Assembly (NCBI GenBank): GCA_002245135.1
Contig: NGBS01000032.1
Span: forward strand, 1 to 64,000
Length of the DNA: 64,000 nt
Reading direction: 5' to 3'
DNA from: Proteromonas lacertae
Taxonomy: Eukaryota
Position 1 is the stretch's first letter. Each line of letters begins with the position of its first letter. The notes below the pieces were generated by a model. It worked only from the letters and a program-made list of their open reading frames with translations, searched no databases and was not told the origin of the DNA. A program made the position numbers and the translations under genes. Below are positions 55,373 to 64,000 of this stretch, piece by piece.

Positions 55373-56548
55373 ATGCCAATAGCTAATTTCAACTGGTATA
55401 ATCCCACAAGAATTCTTTTTGGTAAAAATACCATCCCAGAAATGGGACAATATTTACCAGAAGACAAACACTACATCTTGTGTTACGGAGGAGGCAGTAT
55501 CAAAAAGTTTGGAACATACGATGCTGTTAAGAAAGTATTAGGTAAAAGAACAGTAGAAGATTTTGGAGGAATAGAAGCAAATCCTGATTTCGACACTTTA
55601 ATGAAGTGTGTAAACAGAATCAAGGAGATTGGAAGAGAAAAATGTTTCTTATTATCAATTGGAGGAGGTTCAGTGTGTGATGGAGTCAAATTCATTGCTG
55701 CTGCTTGTTATTGCAATGGTGATCCATGGGAAGATTTATTAATAAAGCAACAACCTATTACTGAAGCTGTTCCAATTGCTGTTGTATTAACATTACCAGC
55801 TACAGGAAGTGAAAGTAATCGTAATGCTGTTATATCAAGAAGATCAATGCATAGAAAGATTGCTATTGGTAGTCAAGCCTTATATCCAGTAGTAAGTGTA
55901 TTAGATCCCGAGTTAACATACACATTACCAGATCATCAAACTCATAATGGTGTAGTAGATGCCTTTGTTCATGTTTGTGAACAATATGTTACATGGCCAT
56001 GTGATGCTGATTGTCAAGACAGATACAGCGAAGGATTAATGAAAGCTTTAGTTAAGAACGGTGAGATTGCTGTTTCAAACCCTAAAGATTATACAGCTCG
56101 TGCTAATATAATGTGGGCTGCTAATCAAGCATTGAACCATTTAATAGCGCAAGGTGTACCTGAAGATTGGTCAACTCATATGATTGGACATGAATTGACT
56201 GCAAATTTAGGATTAGATCATGGTGTTACATTAGCTATTGTTCAACCTCGATTATTTGAATATAAGATCGAGCAAAAGAAAGAAAAGTTAGCAATGTTAG
56301 GTGAAGCTGTATTTGGAATAAAGAATAGTGATAAATTATCTGCAGCTAAAGAAACAATCAAAGCAATAGAACATTTCTATCACGATGTTATGAAAGTTCC
56401 AACAAAAATCAGTGAATGTAAATGTAGTCAAGATAAAGCATGGATTAAAGAAGTCTGTGATAGATTTAAGAAAGATGGTGTTAAATTAGGTGAACATCAG
56501 GATATAACCTCAGAAGATGTTGAAAAAATCTTAAACAAATGTTATTAA
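55373..56548 (+). CDS. Iron-containing NAD(P)H-dependent alcohol/butanol dehydrogenase, YqhD/BdhA-like, intronless
   Basis: NPTRILFGK, YGGGSIK, FGGIEANP, IGGGSV.D, TLPATGSE, DWSTHMIGHELTA..GLDHG.TLA. Confidence 0.95.
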   Translation: MPIANFNWYNPTRILFGKNTIPEMGQYLPEDKHYILCYGGGSIKKFGTYDAVKKVLGKRTVEDFGGIEANPDFDTLMKCVNRIKEIGREKCFLLSIGGGSVCDGVKFIAAACYCNGDPWEDLLIKQQPITEAVPIAVVLTLPATGSESNRNAVISRRSMHRKIAIGSQALYPVVSVLDPELTYTLPDHQTHNGVVDAFVHVCEQYVTWPCDADCQDRYSEGLMKALVKNGEIAVSNPKDYTARANIMWAANQALNHLIAQGVPEDWSTHMIGHELTANLGLDHGVTLAIVQPRLFEYKIEQKKEKLAMLGEAVFGIKNSDKLSAAKETIKAIEHFYHDVMKVPTKISECKCSQDKAWIKEVCDRFKKDGVKLGEHQDITSEDVEKILNKCY

Positions 56549-56577
56549 ACTAATAATCTCCTTCAACTGTTTCACTT

Positions 56578-56585
56578 TGTTTGTT
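56578..56585 (+). terminator. TGTTTGTT 3'-end processing element
   Basis: Lies 30 nt after the ADH stop. Confidence 0.5.
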
Positions 56586-56596
56586 TATTTTGTGAA

Positions 56597-56606
56597 TGAA
56601 ACGACT
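56597..56606 (+). promoter_or_regulatory. TGAAACGACT, a representative copy of the recurrent upstream GAAACG motif
   Basis: The same core occurs 24-95 bp upstream of at least 7 start codons in this window. Confidence 0.5.
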
Positions 56607-56634
56607 ATATTTTTATTTATAAATATAAAAAACT

Positions 56635-57626
56635 ATGTTTTTCTTGCAAGCAATTCATATTCAAGGTATATTTTAAGGGTATTTAATTATAGATGATGCA
56701 TTTTATAATAATATCAATTCAACTACATATGATTCTTCCAATAGTACAATTTTCTTTATAATTTTATTCTAGGATATGTGGATTTAATTATGGAATGCAT
56801 GAATCAAGCACCTCAACTTAGATCATTTACTTTATACTGTATATAGTTGTGTGTTATATTCTTCAATTTAGCTTCTCTTTCACCTAGTGAGTGTATTTTA
56901 TTATCATATTTTCCATTGTATCAACCATCTGTATTACATTCATCACTCATTAATCCTCGTTCTCCTGAATTACTTACTCAATTCAAAGATATTGATGTTC
57001 TGTCCAGATGTTCACTCTCTTTTTATAGTATATTAATTGAAATTGACAATATTTATTGGAATAGGAAATAGAATACTCTCAAAGTCTGAAATATATGAGA
57101 TTATTTCAATTATTTTAACTCATCATTATTCCACCATTTTATTTTTCAATAGTATCTTATTTACTATAGTTGTATTTCACTAGTACCAGCAATGGTTCGT
57201 TTTTTACATCCATCTTTCATAGAATTATCTAATATTCAGGTAATAATTACAGATAAAATAAAACCAAAAAGACTGTTAAGCTATAAACGAAATCTTACTT
57301 TTCTACATTCAATTTATTCATTAAAAGATACAGATATTATATGTCATTCAGCAAATCTATTATCAATATTAATAACTCTTCCAGAAATATATTTGAATGA
57401 TGAAAATATCACTAATTTAATAATCAAATTGAAAGAAATAATGGATAATAAACAAGTAGTAGAAATGTCAATTGAATATGAATTATTAATTATTACTCTA
57501 TTAGAAAAACAAGAGTTTAAGAATATACTATGTAAGTTATATCCATCCTATAAATGCTGGAATATTCCTTCAGAGTATATTGATTATTATCAAAATGGAC
57601 AAATTCAATTATTTAATAATAATGAC

Positions 57627-57658
<32 letters not shown>

Positions 57659-58287
57659 TAGTAAAAGATATTGGTTCAATTCCTATTAGTATATTTCGTA
57701 ATATCTTTATTGGTTTAACATATTTTAATAAATTAGAATGGTTTACTTATTGTGATTTACCTTTAAATACAATAAGATCACTAATAATTTCAAATTGTTC
57801 TGTTTATTATAATAATTTAATTATGTTGGATTTGCATAGTATGTAATTTTTGTATTTCTATTTTTCTGTAGATACGAATTTGACAAAGACAAAATGTTGT
57901 ATAATCTCAAAATCATTAAAATACTTAACCAATTTGAAACATCTAAATATGATCGATAATCCAATCACTGATGATGGCTTAAAGTATTTATTGGATTATT
58001 TACCAACGAAAGCATCTTTAGAAACATTGAATTTAGAGAATACAATGTTAACAGATAGATCTATACCATTATTTACATTATATTTATCTAAATTAATCAA
58101 TTGTGAATCAATATTTGTTGATAGTAATTGTATATCATTTAAAAATAAGGAATGTATTGAAGAATTTTTAAATGTATTAAAATCAATTAAAAAATTAAGA
58201 ACATTTTCATTAACTGATAATAGAATTGATAAAGAAGTAAAAAATATAATTAATAAATATGAATGTAAATGTATATCTATCTTTTAA
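56635..58287 (+). CDS. RNI-like leucine-rich repeat protein, multi-exon
   Basis: A series of tiny GT-AG introns gives a continuous frame; LKHLNMIDNPITDDG, LETLNLENTMLTD, FSLTDNRID. Confidence 0.7.
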
Positions 58288-58428
58288 TTTCTTTTTTCTT
58301 AAATATATAAATCCCAACAAAAAACAAAAACAAATTTCTTTCATCAGAAAAACACCCTAAATTTAGGTTTGGTGATAATAATAATAATAATAATAGTGAT
58401 TAACAAACTATTTTTACAATTATATTAT

Positions 58429-58788
58429 CTAACTAGATGAGGATGGCATTGTATCAGCTGATGAAGTTGTAGATGTGCTTGCTACAGTATTAACAACTCC
58501 TGTGTTATCTACTACTGGTACATTTACTGGAGGTTGCTGAGACTTGTATGCTTTATTTGTATAATTAAAATTGTTACTGTAATTCTGTTCATTTGGTGGG
58601 ATATTGTTGTTGTTATAACGTCTTTGATAAGTTCCATTATTATTTTTATGATAACCTCTACCATCGTTATTATGAAAACTACGCATTCTTTGGTTATTAT
58701 TATGATATCCAGATTGAATTCCTCCTTCTTCACTTCCACTTGTTCCTGCTGCTACTTCTGAACTATCAACTACTGAACCATCTGTACT

Positions 58789-58820
<32 letters not shown>

Positions 58821-59459
58821 GATTCTTTCTATGATTAGCTGGAACTTGACGTATTTGTTCTTTACCATGCGCAAATTGACACATATCTCCATATTTACAT
58901 TCTCCTGTTGCTAGAAAGTTTTTACATAACTCAGTTTTGTATAAAGCTGATTTTGCTGCTCTTGGTAAACCATTCATATTGTTATAATACTGTTGTTGTT
59001 GAAATTGCTTTCTTTGGAACGGTGTATAATAAGGAGCTGAAGGAACATAGTATGGTGGTGGATAATAGTATGGCCAAGATCCTGGAGGAGGAGCAGAAGT
59101 AGGATTTGTTGATGATGTTGAACCTGGTACAGATGAGTCCATTGGAATATAAGACATATCCATCTGCTGCTGGTATTGCATTTGAATTGCATTCATCTCA
59201 CTAGCATCCATTGGAGGAGGAAGTGATTCCTAATTTAATATATAAACACATTCATATTATACATCTGGTGATGAAGAAGTCCAGTAATTCTGTTGTTGCA
59301 TCACTTGAGGTGCTGATGGAGCAGACGATGAACTACCTAAAAATTAACTAATACTATCATAACAATACCAGAATTCTGTTGAGCTTCATAAGACTGAGGC
59401 TGTAGCTGATTTCCATGAGCAATTGAACCTCCAACCATATTGCTGTCATTTTGATCCAT
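58429..59459 (-). CDS. TIS11/TTP-type CCCH zinc-finger RNA-binding protein with Q/N/P/Y-rich low-complexity regions; 3 coding exons
   Basis: YKTELCKNFLATGECKYGDMCQFAHG; polyQ (CAA)n at about 58789-58821. Confidence 0.88.
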
Positions 59460-59753
59460 GAACTTTAAGTCACCGGAGAACTATAGAAAATAAGTTCATA
59501 TAAGTATGAATAATAATGAAAAAAAGTATAATGATAAGAAAAGACTATTCAGGTAAGAAATATACTCCAATTCAAAAAAAAATAATTTGGGTGTTCCAAA
59601 ATATTATTTCTTGGGGTTTGAAAATAAATAATCAATTAAAATCTGTTTTATAAACTACTTGATAGTTTTACTCTCATTAATCTATATAATGACACAATAA
59701 TTAAAAATCCAATAAGGTTTTGTGAAAATCAATGTCTATCAATATTTTACTTA

Positions 59754-61669
59754 ATATATATATATTCTATTATGTGTATAATATCTAGTTGACATTATTT
59801 GATGATGTTGATTATTGGATAGAAATAGCTTGTCCAAGGTTGTGTATAGATTGGGGAACTGGCTTTTCCAAACCAGTTTTAACTCCCTATGAGTTTTATT
59901 GTTGTATTGGTGAATGTGAATATAAAGCAATTTATCCAATGGATTGGTATAGTAAAAACAGTGGTAAATGGGGTAATTATTATAAAAGTAAATAAAATAT
60001 TAAGTTTTGTTGATGTTAATGTTTGTGTATTTGTTAATGATGATAATATAATGTGTTTGATAAAGAATGGCTGAGTTATAAGAATAAAACAAATTATATC
60101 GTTTCAGAAAGTTCAAACATAGTTTGATATTAAATTTTGATTTTTATAACGAATGAACTTTGATTTCGGAGTTTCAAGTCATAAAAACTTAATAAGTATA
60201 GATGTTTTACCCAAATATATTACACCTGAAGAATTGTACGTCTTTTTTGTGTTGTTTATATTGTCTTTCTTATACTGTATAATGAATATTATGATTTAAT
60301 AGTGTTATTTAAAATCTTATTCAAAATCAGATATACATATTATTAAAGTCGATCACTTCGAAATCCAATCGTATAATAAAATATATAACATTTGAATAGA
60401 TTCTAGATAGTAGTGATTTGTATTGTGATAGATCTACTCTGGAGTCAATAGCAGAAACTCATTTAATGGATTTGATAAGTTGTAAATCTCGTTCAATAGT
60501 AGTGATACCTTCAATATCTATTCCTTTTACGTATATATCCGAAATCAAAACCGAAAATGATATGCATAGAATGGAAATGTATGTAAATAAAGAAATATCA
60601 ATACAATTCTTTTATGGAGTTGAATTTAAGAATGTTACTCATTATATTGATAGAAATGAAAGAGTAAATGTAATAAAATCAGTATTGAAACCATTGAATG
60701 GATATACTGATGAAGAAATATTATTACCATTAATATGAAGAAGATAATTATAAAGACAATCCGAATATCTCAAAGAGAAATAGGTGGAATGGAAGTAATA
60801 CCATTGGGTGTAGTAAATGAAGAAAATTCTCAATCTAATAATAATAATAATAATCATAGTAATAGTAGGATGTTGATTAATACAAGAGATGTATTTAATA
60901 TAAATGTAACTGATCCATTGTGTAATAGTCATTCTACTTCTCCATTATTGACTAATTCACTGAGTGTAATTGATAGTAATAATGATAAAGTCCAATCATC
61001 TGAAAATAATAATGTTACATCAAGAACAACAGTAGGAAATATAAATACAACTGAAATAACACCTCCAATAATAATGACAACTACTGAAAGTAAAACTGAA
61101 ACTAGAACAATAGTTGAACCAATAGTAACAAAGAGTGAAGAAAAGAGAAGTAGTAAAACAGAGAAAGATGATGATTGTATAATTTGTTTGACAAATAAAG
61201 TAAATACAATATTTGTAGGTTGTAGACATAAAATCATCTGTGATGAATGTATAAAAGAAGTAGATAAATGTCCAGTTTGTCGAAGTATGAATGAAGCATA
61301 TTTAGTTATATGATTATTTATTAATATTTTTGTAATGAAACAATATTCAAACAATTACAAATGTGTAATTTATGTAATTCTATATATAATCATGTTCTTT
61401 TGAAAAGTCAAAAATGAAACGACTAAATATTTTGAAACAAAATTGTTTTTCTTGATTTCTAAGCAAATAAAATGATATAATTAATCTTACCATGATTACT
61501 CAAAGATATGAAATAATTTATTGGAATAGACGAAATAAACAGAAGAAATGAGTAGAAATGAAGTAGGTTTATAATTGCATCAACAATATGCGGAAGTATA
61601 TCATGGATGTTGGAAAAATTTAAAATATGGGTAATTAAACAAGAAAAGAAGAAAAAGAATATTCAATAA
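59754..61669 (+). repeat. Dispersed duplicate of 10027-12411 with internal deletions
   Basis: Near identity outside the deletions; contains an orphan DPH1 last exon (59789-59995). Confidence 0.95.
60153..61313 (+). pseudogene. Pseudogene copy of the TM-RING E3 gene
   Basis: TTA>TAA nonsense at 60344-60346, ~450-bp net deletion with frameshift near 60720-60765, and a 15-bp deletion just before the RING. Confidence 0.85.
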
Positions 61670-61719
61670 CTGAAACGACTCAATTTTCAAAAATGTTAAT
61701 TTCACCCAAATTTCATTGT

Positions 61720-63512
61720 ATGGAAGAGTTATTGAAATATCACATACTGAAATTGGAAGTATTATTATTTAATATATCGGATAGATAAAAGAGCGGGTAG
61801 TAAAGAGTGATACTGAAGTAGATTTTGAAGCAAAATATATAAAAGATATGAAGAAGATGAAACTACTTACTATTAATGAGATACTAGAGAAGAAGATGTT
61901 AAAATACTGTGAAAACAACAATAATATGATGGATTATTGTTCATCTTCTATTTATCCGTTTCAAACACAAATTATAGCAAATATCATAATATTAAGTGAA
62001 TATGGCTCATCAAATAGTAATTTGAAGCTTTATAATATAATGCGTGAAAGAGATGACAACATCTATAATAAATCGAAAATATATAGTTTCTACTTAAATG
62101 TATTGAAGAAAAAAATGATAAAAATGAGTAAAATAGCAAAAGGTTCAGATCATAATCTAATGAAATATAATGAAAGAAAAGAAACATTGCATAATATTGA
62201 TTATAGTATTGTTAGATTTCCAATAGTTTATCCATCCCAATATTATCTCCAAAGTTATAAATATGATGAAAATCGAGATGCTTTAGTTGAATCATACAAC
62301 AATGAACCAAACGAAAGAATATTATCAATATTATTGATGATGAAATTGTATAAAGAAGATGAATCTATAAAAGACAAACTAAAGTTTCAAAAATATCATA
62401 AATGCAGATATGGAGAATGTTATTTGGATGAAATGATATTCAATGTTAATGTATATAGAAGAGATAAGGAAAGAGTAAAAATAGATTCAAAATGTGTATG
62501 TTTATGCGAAGAAGGAATTAATTTCTGTTTAAGAATGCTAAAACTAATAAATCCAACAAAACTCAAATTTGGTATAAATATTCCACTCAAGTATGAAAAA
62601 TTATTTTTCTCATATTTTACTCAATTATTAAATCTTCGAGAATTAGATTTATCGCATTGTAATCTTACTTATCGTTTTGTTGAATCCTTTACAAAATCAA
62701 TTCCATTAATGAAATTGGAATATATTAACCTTGAAAGTATATATTGCTTATGCTATTATGAAATAGATAATCCAATTAGTTCAAAAGGGTTTAAATTAAT
62801 ATTACCATATCTACATTTATTGATCAACAAAGAAAATAAACTAAACCTTTGTCAAATGAATTTAAATGATGAATCGATGATATTATTATCACAAGAATTA
62901 TTAAAATATCCAAAACTTAGAAGAATAGATATTAGATATAACCATAGTATTCATTCCAATGGATTAAAAACCTTATTTTCCAAATTTCCTATATCTAAAA
63001 TAGTATTTGAATTAAATGGAAATAATAAAGAATTACTGATTGATAAAGAAATTCCAGAATTACTCAAATATATCAATTATGGTCAATTGAATCTGAATAG
63101 TTTAGAAATGGATGATGATTTTTTTAAATCCTTCATTTCTATTAGGTTTAATGAATTTAGAGAAATATGGAAGATTGATTTGAGCAGTATAACATAATAT
63201 GTTATATATTGTTAGATAATAAACTTACATATGAAAGTATAGAAATATTGATTAATAATTTATTATCATTAACATATCTTGAAGAGGTTCTTTTAAGTGG
63301 AAATGAGATAGGAGATGATGGAATGAAAATATTATCTCCATATTTGTATTTATTAAAAGATGATAAAAATAGAATAGATTGTTCTAGTATATTAATTATA
63401 TTTAATTATAATAGAAATGGGGTTATCTATAATTGGATTAAAATGTTTTGTGGATGGTTTAAAAAATATTAAGGAAAAGGTAAAACTCAATTTAAGTGAT
63501 AATCATATATGA
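61720..63512 (+). CDS. RNI-like leucine-rich repeat protein, multi-exon, ends mid-repeat
   Basis: LRELDLSHCNL, LEEVLLSGNEIGDDG; tiny introns; TGA at 63510 directly after LNLSDNHI. Confidence 0.7.
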
Positions 63513-63715
63513 GGTAGAGAAGGGGATAGGACAAAAGGAGGATATAGTTCCAGAAGGAGTCTTTTCTGTAACCAGGAATATAATAATCTAAATTTATTGA
63601 TATTGTTTTTTGAAAAAAATAATAAAAACATCAAAGCTGTACTCTGAAGTTTTTATTAGAGTTAATTATTTGCTGTCAATAATAAGAACATAGTATGAAT
63701 AGATGCATTATGTAA

Positions 63716-64000
63716 TTATGTAATGTATAGTGAAAATAATAGACTAATGGAAGATATTAACATACATACATTAATAATTAAAATAATTAAAATGTTCACA
63801 TGAATATAAATACGAATAGAATAGGGACTTATTATTGCTATTATCTGGAATTGGTAATAAATCTGAAAAAATTTCATCTTCTTCATCGGATAATAAAGTA
63901 ACTTGTCTTGCGAATGAATCATTATCATCAATTATGAATTCAAAATAAGGAAAATCATCTTCTGTTTTTGAACTAAGCTTTATTGTGTTTTCCTCTGCTA
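63716..64000 (-). CDS. Possible 3' part of a gene running off the window
   Basis: Minus-strand frame EENTIKLSSKTEDDFPYFEFIIDDNDSFARQVTLL followed by a GTAT intron-like start. Confidence 0.3.

Noticed and set aside
55373..56548. Bacterial contamination of the assembly
   Set aside because: Composition matches the neighbours, and the gene is tightly flanked by intron-containing genes and a host-type 3' motif.
59754..61669. Retrocopy or TIR transposon
   Set aside because: Introns and intergenic DNA are retained; no poly(A) tail, TIRs or target-site duplication seen.
63510..63512. TGA or TAA/TAG reassignment (alternative genetic code)
   Set aside because: TAA, TAG and TGA all terminate genes here, and very long ORFs contain no internal stops.
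1..64000. Stop codons created by polyadenylation (a known Blastocystis trait)
   Set aside because: Every gene I reconstructed has a genome-encoded stop at a plausible position; this cannot be excluded without transcripts.

Overview
Very AT-rich, gene-dense eukaryotic DNA. It uses the standard code, has many tiny GT-AG introns (about 25-45 nt) that split the ORF track, and many intergenic gaps are under 200 bp. The tiny introns, a minor-spliceosome (U12)-type intron, TGTTTGTT 3' elements and a bacterial-type Fe-ADH suggest an anaerobic gut stramenopile of the Blastocystis/Proteromonas group; this is inference. I reconstructed about 20 genes by hand-splicing: Kv-beta-type aldo-keto reductase, USP deubiquitinase, potato-inhibitor-I protease inhibitor (absent from the ORF track), WDR24, DPH1, TM-RING E3, dynein-2 heavy chain, an EF-hand/LRR/UBL protein, SMC5, V-ATPase H, a giant coiled-coil protein with a higher-order repeat, CKS1, a ~3070-aa modular surface protein, YqhD-like ADH, a CCCH protein, three RNI-like LRR genes and an orphan gene. 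Highlights: (1) a non-canonical AT-AA U12-type intron; (2) a giant type-I membrane protein alternating bacterial-Ig-like and FAMeT-like modules; (3) retrograde-IFT dynein-2; (4) a Crinkler/RHS-type NTPase relic in a block bracketed by DPH1-tail repeats and partly re-duplicated 50 kb away; (5) a recurrent GAAACG upstream motif. About a dozen scattered small indels look like long-read consensus errors.
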